IMG/VR virus record: IMGVR_UViG_3300045988_159816
Source of the DNA: a virus
Length of the DNA stretch: 64,000 nucleotides
Direction: 5' to 3' (one strand)
Part shown: piece by piece, positions 1 through 8,789 of the stretch
Position numbering within the stretch: the stretch's first letter is position 1
How the letters are laid out: each line of letters begins with the position of its first letter
Program-made: the position numbers and the translations under genes
Notes under the pieces: model-generated
What the model was told of the DNA's origin: nothing
The model's database searches: none
The model's input: only the letters and a program-made list of their open reading frames with translations

Positions 1-185
1 ATTTTTTTTTGCTATTTTTGCAGAATACCCTTTAAACCTTCATATTTTAGTTTTAACGGCTTTTTTGCTTTACAGGTATAAATATATGCGTTGTTGCTAA
101 AAAATTAAATACAGGGCAATTATGAAGGTGAAAGTTATTCACAGGCTGTGGATAAAGTTGTGGATAACTTTTTTATAAAAAATGC

Positions 186-214
186 TTGACTTTTTAAGCA
201 AAGTCGGTTATAAT
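186..214 (+). promoter_or_regulatory. sigma-70-like early promoter P1 (TTGACT-17-TATAAT)
   Basis: TTGACT at 186-191 and TATAAT at 209-214 with 17-bp spacing, followed by leader acaaaataaacaagggggtc and an ATG at 247. Confidence 0.55.
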
Positions 215-246
215 TAAATTACAAAATAAACAAGGGGGTCATTAAT

Positions 247-876
247 ATGGCAAACAACAAACTCGAACAAAAAATTATTAAATTATTGGAGTTAAGCAAA
301 AAAAATAGTAATAAAGAGGAGGCTATTGCTGCGGCGGCAAAAGCCCAGGAATTAATGGCAAAATATAATATTAGCGTTGCAAATTTAAAAGGTAACGCAA
401 ACAAACAACCTGAATTTAGTTATGCAAGTTGCGTAGGGCGTAGTTACCGTTTTAAATTAGCACAAATTATCGCCGACAATTATGGCGTTAAATTGTTGTG
501 GTCGGGCAAAATGGTTGCTGTTTTTTACGGCTACCCCGCAAACGTTACAACTGCTACTAAGGTATACGAATGGCTGTGGAATGTTATTCACCGTATGGCT
601 GATAGTTATCAAACAAAAGTTTGGAAGCAAGGTAATGGCGTTAAAGGTGTATATGGTAGTTTTGTGCAAGGGTTTTTAACAGGTTTAAAGGAAACACTCG
701 ATGCCAACTGTAAAGCACTAAAAATTACAGTCGATGAAAATGTTGTGCAGTTATTTGACGAATATTGTAAACAAAATACAAAAACATTTACCAGTAAAGG
801 CATGAAAGTCAGCCAGTTAAACGTTGAAGCCTTTAACAGTGGCGAAAACGAAGGTAAAAAAAATTATGGTAACTAA
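247..876 (+). CDS. hypothetical early protein (N-terminal DUF2786-like helical motif)
   Basis: 209-aa ORF with a strong RBS (caagggggtc). The N-terminus KIIKLLELSKK...EEAIAAAAKAQELMAKY resembles DUF2786-type phage proteins. Confidence 0.5.
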   Translation: MANNKLEQKIIKLLELSKKNSNKEEAIAAAAKAQELMAKYNISVANLKGNANKQPEFSYASCVGRSYRFKLAQIIADNYGVKLLWSGKMVAVFYGYPANVTTATKVYEWLWNVIHRMADSYQTKVWKQGNGVKGVYGSFVQGFLTGLKETLDANCKALKITVDENVVQLFDEYCKQNTKTFTSKGMKVSQLNVEAFNSGENEGKKNYGN

Positions 877-881
877 GCAAA

Positions 882-1085
882 TTGGTGAGTAATATGGAAA
901 TATTATTAGGTAGTATTATAGTTGCTTTACTAATAAACTACATAATTAAACAGCCTGAAGCCCTTTCGAGGGTTTTTGGCTGGTTAGTTATAACCATAAT
1001 ATATATTGCTGGCTTTCCAATATTTATGCTGTTAAATTACTGGCAACTGTTAAAGCGTTTTAATAAAACATATAAAAAGGGGTAA
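882..1085 (+). CDS. small hydrophobic membrane protein
   Basis: 67-aa ORF with two hydrophobic segments, tightly spaced after the previous gene. Confidence 0.4.
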   Translation: MVSNMEILLGSIIVALLINYIIKQPEALSRVFGWLVITIIYIAGFPIFMLLNYWQLLKRFNKTYKKG

Positions 1086-1094
1086 GTAGGAATT

Positions 1095-1370
1095 ATGATT
1101 ATTAGTAACGATTTAGTAATTAATGTTGAGTCGTTTTTAAAATGTACGCTTGATTGTTACCTATTGAAAGAAAGTAGGTTATGCTGTGAAGTATTAGTGC
1201 TTACAGAGGAGGAGGTAGCGGAATTAATCGAAGCTGCATTTTGCGACTATATAGCCGACTATGGTATTTACATTCAAAGAGTATATACGAAAAAAAGCGA
1301 ACAAGGAATATTTATTGATTATAAATATGGTACTAAAAAAGCAAAATTACAATATGAAATAATACAATAA
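1095..1370 (+). CDS. hypothetical early protein
   Basis: 91-aa ORF in the same operon, preceded by RBS ggggtaagtagg. Confidence 0.4.
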   Translation: MIISNDLVINVESFLKCTLDCYLLKESRLCCEVLVLTEEEVAELIEAAFCDYIADYGIYIQRVYTKKSEQGIFIDYKYGTKKAKLQYEIIQ

Positions 1371-1388
1371 TTAGGAGGAATTACTATT

Positions 1389-1700
1389 ATGCCGGGTGAA
1401 TTAGTAATATTAAATGAACAATTACAAATACTATTTCCAATTTGTGACGAAATTGGAGTTATTATTAAACAGGAAGGTTTAAACATTGAAGCTATTCGTA
1501 ATTTTGTTAATAGTAAAATAGCGGGGGCTTACTATACAGAAGGTGAAATTTATATAAAAAACGAATACGGTAGAAGTATAATTACATACAACGATTCACC
1601 CATTGTTACATTGCAAGTCGAATTAAATTGTTTTAGTGGTTATGGCGAAGCTTTTGATATTGTGTATAAATACAGCGTAAACAGGGAAAGTATTTATTAA
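1389..1700 (+). CDS. hypothetical early protein
   Basis: 103-aa ORF preceded by RBS ttaggagg. Confidence 0.45.
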   Translation: MPGELVILNEQLQILFPICDEIGVIIKQEGLNIEAIRNFVNSKIAGAYYTEGEIYIKNEYGRSIITYNDSPIVTLQVELNCFSGYGEAFDIVYKYSVNRESIY

Positions 1701-1706
1701 AAAAGC

Positions 1707-1735
1707 TTGACTTTTAAATCAAAACCATATATAAT
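1707..1735 (+). promoter_or_regulatory. sigma-70-like early promoter P2 (TTGACT-17-TATAAT)
   Basis: TTGACT at 1707-1712 and TATAAT at 1730-1735. Confidence 0.55.
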
Positions 1736-1778
1736 ATAAGTATAGTAAGTAACCAAATTAAATAGGGGGTTTTATTAA

Positions 1779-2069
1779 ATGAAAACTGTAAGGCTAGGTT
1801 GTACCGACATTGGGGCTATATTGTTTGCGGGGATTGATGATGACAATAATTTATGCAGTACATATATAAGTGTTGGTGGCGATGGCGAATTTACTGGTTT
1901 ACTAACAACTAACAAGGCTGAAATACCGCCAACATATGACCATATGTTTACCAGTTATTATTGGCTAAAAATTTACGATGACAATAGTTTAACTTTTAGT
2001 AAATATGCCACAACTATCGAAGTTTACCAAAATGTCGATTTAAGTATTATTATTTTAATAAACGAATAA
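1779..2069 (+). CDS. hypothetical early protein
   Basis: 96-aa ORF with RBS tagggggtt, downstream of P2. Confidence 0.45.
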   Translation: MKTVRLGCTDIGAILFAGIDDDNNLCSTYISVGGDGEFTGLLTTNKAEIPPTYDHMFTSYYWLKIYDDNSLTFSKYATTIEVYQNVDLSIIILINE

Positions 2070-2076
2070 AAAACAC

Positions 2077-2105
2077 TTGACAAACTAAGCAAAATAGGTT
2101 ATAAT
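2077..2105 (+). promoter_or_regulatory. sigma-70-like early promoter P3 (TTGACA-17-TATAAT)
   Basis: TTGACA at 2077-2082 and TATAAT at 2100-2105. Confidence 0.55.
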
Positions 2106-2144
2106 AAAAACATGGCAAGTATAAAAAAATAGGGGGTTAAAATT

Positions 2145-2420
2145 ATGTTTAACGAAAAATTATTTAATGATGTAAAGGCGGTTTCATTTAAAAATACTAT
2201 TTATGAATACGATGCGCCTGAAGTTATTGCACAACTTGAAAGTGTAATTGGTAGTGAGTGTTTTGATATTGAAACAACTTTATCCGAAGTTAAATATGTT
2301 TTTGATGGTTTTGTGGTTGAAGTCGACTACGAAAATAATAAACTAATAAAATTAGTAATACATGATGAAACTCAGCCGGGTAAAATTATTAAATATGGTG
2401 AGGTATATACTAACGAATAA
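2145..2420 (+). CDS. hypothetical early protein
   Basis: 91-aa ORF with RBS tagggggtt. Confidence 0.45.
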   Translation: MFNEKLFNDVKAVSFKNTIYEYDAPEVIAQLESVIGSECFDIETTLSEVKYVFDGFVVEVDYENNKLIKLVIHDETQPGKIIKYGEVYTNE

Positions 2421-2487
2421 TAATTATTATATGTAAAAAATGAGTCCGTTTTAAAAATACAAATTAATAAAATTTACTGAAATTTTT

Positions 2488-2535
2488 AGGCTGGCAAGGG
2501 TACATACAAACACCCTAACCAGCCTATTTACTTTT
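2488..2535 (+). terminator. putative intrinsic terminator (imperfect hairpin)
   Basis: aggctggcaagggt...accctaaccagcct hairpin followed by a T-rich tract. Confidence 0.35.
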
Positions 2536-2744
2536 AATACAGCCCCATTTTCGTCGATGTAAATTTGTAAATTCGGGCAAAAAATAACACCTTATGCAGT
2601 TATAAAGGCGTTATAGAGTAGGCACACACGAAAATTTTTAATTTGGCGAATATAAGGTTATAGTAAATATTGAAAATAAGCAAATAAGATTAATAAGAAA
2701 ATAACAGTAATAGGAATAGTTATTATAAAAGCATCATTAGCATA

Positions 2745-2815
2745 ATGGCAGCATTATTATTTGGGGCAGCAAAGCAATTAGGGCAGCATCGTGTTTTACA
2801 ACTTAATAGCAGCAA
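2745..2815. repeat. four direct GGCAGCA-type repeats at about 18-25 bp spacing
   Basis: ggcagcattatt / gggcagcaaagc / gggcagcatcgtg / tagcagcaaaac lie in an ORF-free region. Confidence 0.4.
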
Positions 2816-3019
2816 AACACTATTAAAACAATTTGCTATTAAACTTAAAATTGCTTATAAATATTGCGTATTATTTAGTTAATATTACTATTAGTAATAA
2901 TTACTATTAATGCTATTTTTTTATGCACTTTAATAATACTACTTTAAAGGTGACTTGTAAATAGGCAAACTCGATTTATTTTTTACCAAAAAAATTTATA
3001 AAAAATGCTTAAAAAGGTA

Positions 3020-3048
3020 TTGCAATTTATTTAGCAATATGGTATAAT
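3020..3048 (+). promoter_or_regulatory. sigma-70-like early promoter P4 (TTGCAA-17-TATAAT)
   Basis: TTGCAA at 3020-3025 and TATAAT at 3043-3048. Confidence 0.5.
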
Positions 3049-3081
3049 GTACTTAACTTAAATAAAGGGGGTAACAATATT

Positions 3082-3594
3082 ATGTTACAAGCAAAAAGTA
3101 AAAACAACAAAACCTACAAAAATATGTTGGCGGTAAGCAACTTATACCAGTATTACTGGCAGGCATTAAATAGTTTAAAAGTGCCTACTAACAAGGTAAA
3201 AAACCAGCAGTATATTACACAATTAGTAACTAATATTATTAACGCCGAGCTACAATATAGCCCCGAGGTGCAACAAGTAACAAATGGTATTAAGTACGAG
3301 CTCGAGTTTATGCAAATGGGCAATATAAACAACTGCCCCAATTTAGGTTTACTAATTAATGTAATAATAACAGTAAACAGTAATGGTACAGTTATGGTAA
3401 ACACACTTACTTTAACGTACGAAAGTAAAGTAACACCAGCGTTTGTACCTAATTATAACTACATACCATATGGTGGCTATATGCACACAATGTTTAATAA
3501 TAAATTGGTGCAATTAGTAAATTATACTAATTACGAAAAATTATGGCAAATTGCATTTATAAATAATGGGCGGTTAGGCATATTTAATGGTTAA
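3082..3594 (+). CDS. hypothetical N/Q/Y-rich early protein
   Basis: 170-aa ORF with RBS aagggggtaac. Confidence 0.45.
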   Translation: MLQAKSKNNKTYKNMLAVSNLYQYYWQALNSLKVPTNKVKNQQYITQLVTNIINAELQYSPEVQQVTNGIKYELEFMQMGNINNCPNLGLLINVIITVNSNGTVMVNTLTLTYESKVTPAFVPNYNYIPYGGYMHTMFNNKLVQLVNYTNYEKLWQIAFINNGRLGIFNG

Positions 3595-3597
3595 CTT

Positions 3598-3628
3598 TTA
3601 AGGGGGTATTTACCCCCTTATTTTTTTA
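3598..3628 (+). terminator. intrinsic terminator
   Basis: aagggggtatttaccccctt hairpin followed by T8. Confidence 0.6.
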
Positions 3629-3647
3629 TAATTTTTTAAAAAACTGC

Positions 3648-3676
3648 TTGCAAATGTTGCTGGTTTGTGTTATAAT
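3648..3676 (+). promoter_or_regulatory. sigma-70-like early promoter P5 (TTGCAA-17-TATAAT)
   Basis: TTGCAA at 3648-3653 and TATAAT at 3671-3676. The leader acaaaataaacaagggggct is nearly identical to the P1 leader. Confidence 0.55.
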
Positions 3677-3707
3677 TAAAGTACAAAATAAACAAGGGGG
3701 CTTTACA

Positions 3708-4010
3708 ATGTTACAAAATTGCATTAATGGTTTTAGCGAGCAAATTAATACCTGTTTGCAAATTTATATGCAAATGGTACAGCAACTACAACAAGGGGTA
3801 AATGCAAGTAAGGTATTTAGTAATGCCGAGGTAATACTAAATAATAATTGCGATGCTTACTTTAATAGTAATACTTATTGTTTAAAAATAGTTACTGTTA
3901 ACGGGGGTATAAGTACTATAAATTTAAAAAATAATAAATTAATACTCGATGCTACTTATGCTATTGCAACAAATAACTATTTAAACTATTACAACGAAAC
4001 TGCTATATAA
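3708..4010 (+). CDS. hypothetical early protein
   Basis: ATG at 3708 follows RBS caagggggct. The ORF track extends the start to 3648, which would place it inside the promoter. Confidence 0.45.
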   Translation: MLQNCINGFSEQINTCLQIYMQMVQQLQQGVNASKVFSNAEVILNNNCDAYFNSNTYCLKIVTVNGGISTINLKNNKLILDATYAIATNNYLNYYNETAI

Positions 4011-4027
4011 TAATAATTACTAATAAG

Positions 4028-4056
4028 CTGGCAAACAATGCCAGTTTATTTTTTTA
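4028..4056 (+). terminator. intrinsic terminator
   Basis: ctggcaaacaatgccag hairpin followed by a T-run. Confidence 0.6.
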
Positions 4057-4078
4057 GCTAAAAATAGGCAAAAAAATA

Positions 4079-4106
4079 ACCCCCTAATAAAGGGGGCATT
4101 TTTTTA
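4079..4106. terminator. bidirectional intrinsic terminator
   Basis: ccccct-aataa-aggggg hairpin flanked by A-runs and T-runs on both sides, serving the + genes and the convergent - gene. Confidence 0.5.
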
Positions 4107-4376
4107 TTAAACTATGCAACTGCCTGTATAAACTATACAGTTTTTAGCGTTTGTATGCCAACTTAAACAGTAGGTATTATGGCTATACTGGTAATGTTGC
4201 ACATAAATATTAAAGGTAATATTGCCATTTTTGCCCTTGTAGGTTTTTAACCTTAAAACCCTAAAGTGTAAGGCTTTAATGTACTGCAATAAAACTGCAA
4301 TAACTTTAGTGGCGTGTTGGCGTGGTAAATTGTGTTTGTTTAATTGGGCAAAGTGCCTTTTAAAATAAGTTAACAT
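4107..4376 (-). CDS. hypothetical small early protein (inverted early module)
   Basis: Minus-strand ATG at 4376 sits behind the same AAGGGGGT RBS type used by the + early genes. The longer 185-aa track ORF probably over-extends into the promoter region. Confidence 0.35.
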   Translation of the reverse strand: MLTYFKRHFAQLNKHNLPRQHATKVIAVLLQYIKALHFRVLRLKTYKGKNGNITFNIYVQHYQYSHNTYCLSWHTNAKNCIVYTGSCIV

Positions 4377-4409
4377 AATTAAAACCCCCTTGTTATTTAA
4401 GTTACTTAT

Positions 4410-4438
4410 ATTATAACATTTATAAGCAATAATTGCAA
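4410..4438 (-). promoter_or_regulatory. sigma-70-like promoter for the minus-strand early gene
   Basis: On the - strand, TTGCAA (fwd 4433-4438) and TATAAT (fwd 4410-4415) with 17-bp spacing. Confidence 0.45.
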
Positions 4439-5719
4439 TATACAATATTAAAAAATTACAAGCAAAATATGTAAACATATTGCTTATGTTGCAAACAAAA
4501 AAGGCAAAAAACAAGCAAATTACAGGTATTTTAATAAAATAAATAGCGTTTATAGGGGCATAAATGGGGCTATAAGCAGTTTTATGCAATATAGGTATAA
4601 ATGTAAGTGGGGTGTTAAAAAGTATTAATACAGGGCAATTTTGCTGGCGGCGGTAAGTAAACATTTGTGTATTTTGTTGATTTATGAATTAATTAGTAAA
4701 AATAATAAAATAATAAATAAAAGGTAATAGTAAAGGTAGGCAAATATGTAAACAAACAGTAAATAAAACAAGCAAACTAGCAATAATTATTAATAAGTAA
4801 AAAGCATAAAAAAGCGAGTAAATAAGGCAGGTTTGGCAGGGTAATAAACAATAAGGAAATTGACATTATTAGTAATAATTATTGATAGTGAAGTAATATT
4901 AAATAAAATATAAGGTAAAGTAAGGAAGGTAGATAAATAGGTATAATAAAAAATTTAAAACCGCGCGCTAAATGAAATTATGTGTTTATTAGGAATATAA
5001 GAGTAATAGTAATATAAGGTAAAAATAATACTATATAAACAAGAAATAATAGCAATTAAAAGTATTATACAAGTAAGCTTTATTAGCTATTGTAGTTATA
5101 ACAATATAGGCATAAATACTAATATAATAAGGTTTTATAAGGAAAACAAACACTTATAAAATAAGCTATTTTTAATAGTAATGATTATGAATAAGTAATA
5201 AAGTACTATTGTAGTTTAGCTTATTTAGTTATAAATATTAGGTATTAATGCTTATGAAGAGGTATAAGGAAGTAAAGGAGAATAGTGTAAAAATAGGTTT
5301 TAACGGCTGGACAGCACATATACTTATAAGCATTTCATATTTTTAACGCCTTTTTACCTGTTTGCACCCAATATTTAACAGTATTTGTTATTATTTTATG
5401 CTTAAATCAAGTAGTAACAATTATTATTAATCAATAATTGCAAGCAAGAGTTGTTATTACTCGCAAACCAAGTGTATATGCCATGTTTGCCGAGTTAAGT
5501 AAGTGTTATTATTAGTAATTATGATTAAATGATTATGAAAGAAAATAATAAAAAGTGTTTATTTTATATATAGGCAAAACACCAATAATACTTATTAGCA
5601 ACCAATCAAACAAGCAATAGCAATTTATTAGTAATTATTACTAGCAACAATGACTGACTAATGTGCCAAAAGTACAATAAACAATAGCGACTAGCTGGCA
5701 AGCTCAGTTAGATAATAAT

Positions 5720-6012
5720 AAAGATGATACCCCCCTGCGTCCGTTTTAAGAATTGTTGCTACCACCCACCCCATCTATAATACATATCCATTATAGAGTC
5801 AATTTTACAAGTCAAAAATACAAACCCCCATTGAGTCTTTTTTCTTAATCAAAAATATCCCCCCTTATAGAGTCATTTATTCCAATCAAATAATCTATGA
5901 TTAATTCCCCACAAGGTCAGCAATCCCCCAATATAATCACAAGCAATCCCCCATTAAGTCCTCATAAATCAAATTCGATAATCAAAAATATCCTGCCCCA
6001 TTGAGTCAACTA
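5720..6012. repeat. iteron-like direct-repeat array (about 8 copies, consensus AATCAAAAATAT..CCCCCATTGAGTC)
   Basis: Repeat copies include cccccattgagtc at 5825-5837, ccccccttatagagtc at 5858-5874, ccattatagagtc at 5788-5800, cccccattaagtc at 5948-5960 and ctgccccattgagtc at 5994-6008. The preceding aatcaaaaata half-motif is also repeated. Confidence 0.6.
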
Positions 6013-6064
6013 ATCCAATCAAATAAAGAACGACTAAAAATATTCTTTTCGTATAAATAAAATG

Positions 6065-6093
6065 TTGACAATAGCAAACTAAAGTATTATAAT
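6065..6093 (+). promoter_or_regulatory. sigma-70-like promoter of the long rightward operon
   Basis: TTGACA at 6065-6070 and TATAAT at 6088-6093, immediately downstream of the iteron array. Confidence 0.55.
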
Positions 6094-6187
6094 AACTATA
6101 GTCAAAGTTTTAAATGCAAGTATGAAAAATGCCTTGTACACATTTAAAACTTTACTAATATAAAAGTAATAAGGGGGCGTATAAAAA

Positions 6188-6571
6188 GTGTGTAGTGGGC
6201 AAAATTCATTAGGTAAAGGAGGATTAAATGCAAAAGCTGGATTTTGTTATCCCTATAATAATAGGTATATTAGTTTTTTACCTTCTGATGATACTGAAAT
6301 TTTTATATCTAGAAATGTAAAAGCAAAGCGGCGAGAATTTATTGAATGTGATATTAGAAAATCCCCGTTTTCAAAACCTTGTGTAATGGATACTGATAGT
6401 GTCAATAAACGTATATTAAAGGATTTAGAAGATTATATAGCAAGATGTAAGGAATGTGATTTCCTTCCTTTAATTCCTGATGGCACTATGTATGAAATTA
6501 ATCAATATGCTGAATATGTGGATTTAAGTATTACTTTAACAAGAAAGGATTTTAATTGTGGAATTGATTAG
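6188..6571 (+). CDS. hypothetical protein
   Basis: 127-aa ORF with RBS aagggggcg. The true start is uncertain. Confidence 0.4.
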   Translation: MCSGQNSLGKGGLNAKAGFCYPYNNRYISFLPSDDTEIFISRNVKAKRREFIECDIRKSPFSKPCVMDTDSVNKRILKDLEDYIARCKECDFLPLIPDGTMYEINQYAEYVDLSITLTRKDFNCGID

Positions 6572-6848
6572 CAAAGATGCTTTAGAAGCTAAATTAATGT
6601 TATGTATGGACATGAATAGGGCTGATTGGTCTTATAACAAAATGATTATGGCAAATAAAATGCTGGAAATTTTAGATCAAGAACCTATTATAGAAGAACG
6701 AAAGCACGGATACTGGATATTCATAGAACCTGATAAATATGGTAATTTTATTCAGTGCAGCGTTTGTGAAAGCAAGTTTGGATTATATAGCAAAGACAAT
6801 TATTGTCAGAGTTGTGGTGCTATTATGGATAAGGAGGATAAATTATGA
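6558..6848 (+). CDS. small zinc-ribbon protein (paralog 1)
   Basis: Contains CSVCES...CQSCGA (CxxC...CxxCG). Confidence 0.45.
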   Translation: MELISKDALEAKLMLCMDMNRADWSYNKMIMANKMLEILDQEPIIEERKHGYWIFIEPDKYGNFIQCSVCESKFGLYSKDNYCQSCGAIMDKEDKL

Positions 6849-7195
6849 GATTAATAGATGCGGACAAATTAAAAGATATAATACAGAATGGCTATGTTTG
6901 CCTTATTTCCGATCCGGAAACTGACAAAATCATTCAAATGATTGAGAACAGTATTATAAAAGTGATAGACGAAGCCCCAGATGTAGAGGAGGAACTTGGC
7001 GTGTTGAAAGATATACCTGATGATGAAGCCTACTACAGAAATGGCTATTGTACTAAATGTAAAGCCCAAATGCCTACTGAAGTTCTACATGGCAAACTAT
7101 CACAAAGATCTATCAGATTTTGTTTTAACTGCGGGGCTAAAATTAATGGCGTTTTATGGACTTTGATAGAAGAAGGAATTATCAAGGAGAAGTAA
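6845..7195 (+). CDS. small zinc-ribbon protein (paralog 2)
   Basis: Contains CTKCKA...CFNCGAK. The N-terminus is similar to that of 6558..6848. Confidence 0.45.
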   Translation: MRLIDADKLKDIIQNGYVCLISDPETDKIIQMIENSIIKVIDEAPDVEEELGVLKDIPDDEAYYRNGYCTKCKAQMPTEVLHGKLSQRSIRFCFNCGAKINGVLWTLIEEGIIKEK

Positions 7196-7198
7196 ATA

Positions 7199-7447
7199 AT
7201 GAATGATGATTTATTAGTATTAAAATCACTTATAGCTGAAGCTAATGACATTATATCACAAAGAGAGCTTTATCAAAGGGATTCTTTACAATTTCTATTG
7301 TTGACTCAAAGATTAGTTGATACATTAAGTGTTTGTGAGCATGTTTCGTGTAAACATACTAATACTATGAAAAATTTAAAAGAAGCTAATCTGATTATTC
7401 TTAATGATGCTATTGAATCAAAGAAATTAGTAGATAGGGGCGAATAA
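7199..7447 (+). CDS. hypothetical protein
   Basis: 82-aa ORF, translationally coupled to its neighbours. Confidence 0.4.
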   Translation: MNDDLLVLKSLIAEANDIISQRELYQRDSLQFLLLTQRLVDTLSVCEHVSCKHTNTMKNLKEANLIILNDAIESKKLVDRGE

Positions 7448-7800
7448 TGATGTTGAATCAAGAATATGTAAAAAAGTTGAATAAAAAATTTGAAGAGATA
7501 AAGGAATTAGCGACTAAAAAAGCAAATCAGTATAAAACTCATGAGGCTCTTGCCGCTTTTGAAACCGCCGCTAGATTGAAATACGGCGATGCTCGTTATA
7601 ATTACCAATATGCCGCACTTAAAGATTTTATGTCAAAACACGTTGCTCATATTTATAATAATGACCTCGATGGCGATAAAGTATCTGAAAGTTTAACTGA
7701 TATTGCTGTATACTGTATTATCGCTAGTGTTATGTTTGATGAACATTATGCTGAAAGATGTCATATTAATCCGGAGGATGTAAATAATGCTAATAGTTGA
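7447..7800 (+). CDS. hypothetical protein (possible MazG/DUF1599-like helical fold)
   Basis: Acidic helical motif SESLTDIAVYCIIASVMFDEHY. The assignment is weak. Confidence 0.35.
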   Translation: MMLNQEYVKKLNKKFEEIKELATKKANQYKTHEALAAFETAARLKYGDARYNYQYAALKDFMSKHVAHIYNNDLDGDKVSESLTDIAVYCIIASVMFDEHYAERCHINPEDVNNANS

Positions 7801-8473
7801 ACATATGTCAACATGGGGTTTTGAGCATGCTATTAGGGGCATGAGAAATCCTATGAATAGTTGGGATAAATCTGATAGTCATTTTCATTATAATGACTGT
7901 TTAAGTTGTGTTCACACAAACGAGGATTGTGTTAAAGAGCACAAAATTTGTGGAGATATAGTTTGCTTTAATATTGGCGAAAACGATCTAGACCTTATGC
8001 AACGTCTTTATAAAGCGGGTACTGAGCATGGTAAATTTTTACGTCAAATTTTTGTGAGTATGGATATTACAGCCCCGCTTTATTGGTGGAAGGAGTTTGA
8101 TACTTATAAAGTCGGCACTGTTGCTAATTCCTGTTCCACGATGCACAAAATTCATGCTAAAAAATTTGAGATGGAAGATTTTAGTCATGAACATTTAAAT
8201 GAAGCTTGTTATTTGCAATTAGCACACGTTATTGAAACTCTAAACGTAGTACGAGATGTATATGTTGAAAATAATGATAAAGAATATTGGTGGCAGATGA
8301 TTCAGTTATTGCCGTCAAGCTATAATCAAAAACGAACCATTACTATGAATTATGAGAATGTCATGAATATTATAAATCAACGTCAGTATCATAAATTAGA
8401 CGAATGGGTCAATTTTGTTAAGTATTTAAGAATATTACCATATATAAAAGAGATAAGGGATGAAGAAAAATGA
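7787..8473 (+). CDS. hypothetical protein
   Basis: 228-aa ORF with a His/Cys-rich N-terminus. The function was not recognised. Confidence 0.45.
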   Translation: MLIVEHMSTWGFEHAIRGMRNPMNSWDKSDSHFHYNDCLSCVHTNEDCVKEHKICGDIVCFNIGENDLDLMQRLYKAGTEHGKFLRQIFVSMDITAPLYWWKEFDTYKVGTVANSCSTMHKIHAKKFEMEDFSHEHLNEACYLQLAHVIETLNVVRDVYVENNDKEYWWQMIQLLPSSYNQKRTITMNYENVMNIINQRQYHKLDEWVNFVKYLRILPYIKEIRDEEK

Positions 8474-8787
8474 AAAATATGAATGCTAATACATTTAAAT
8501 TAATGACAGAAACACTTGCTAGTTTAACTTATGTAATATTACAAAATAATTTCGATTTGGCTCAATTAAAACAAAATGTTTATCGAGATAAATTAAATTT
8601 AGCTGCTGTACTTGGTGTATTGCTCAGGCGTGAATTAGTATCTGGAAGTGATGTTGATGAACTTTTGGCAGAAATTAAAAGGGACTCTGAAGTTCAGGAA
8701 GAATTACAAAAGTGTCGGGACGACTTAAAGAAAGCACAGGAAACGACTGAAAAATTATTATCATATATGAAAGCTATGGGAGATTAA
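8470..8787 (+). CDS. hypothetical protein
   Basis: 105-aa ORF, translationally coupled. Confidence 0.4.
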   Translation: MKNMNANTFKLMTETLASLTYVILQNNFDLAQLKQNVYRDKLNLAAVLGVLLRRELVSGSDVDELLAEIKRDSEVQEELQKCRDDLKKAQETTEKLLSYMKAMGD

Positions 8788-8789
8788 TT

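Noticed and set aside
4107-4664. 185-aa minus-strand ORF from the track
   Set aside because: The upstream 95 codons run through a sigma-70-like promoter and lack an RBS. An internal ATG at 4376 has an AAGGGGGT RBS like the other early genes, so it was trimmed to 4107..4376. Even this is low confidence.
7787-8473. Possible ThyX (flavin-dependent thymidylate synthase), because a MazG/DUF1599-like ORF precedes it
   Set aside because: The RHRxxSxxxxSQRY ThyX motif is absent. IRGMRNPMNSWDKSDS does not match it in sequence or in spacing relative to FEH. Left as hypothetical.
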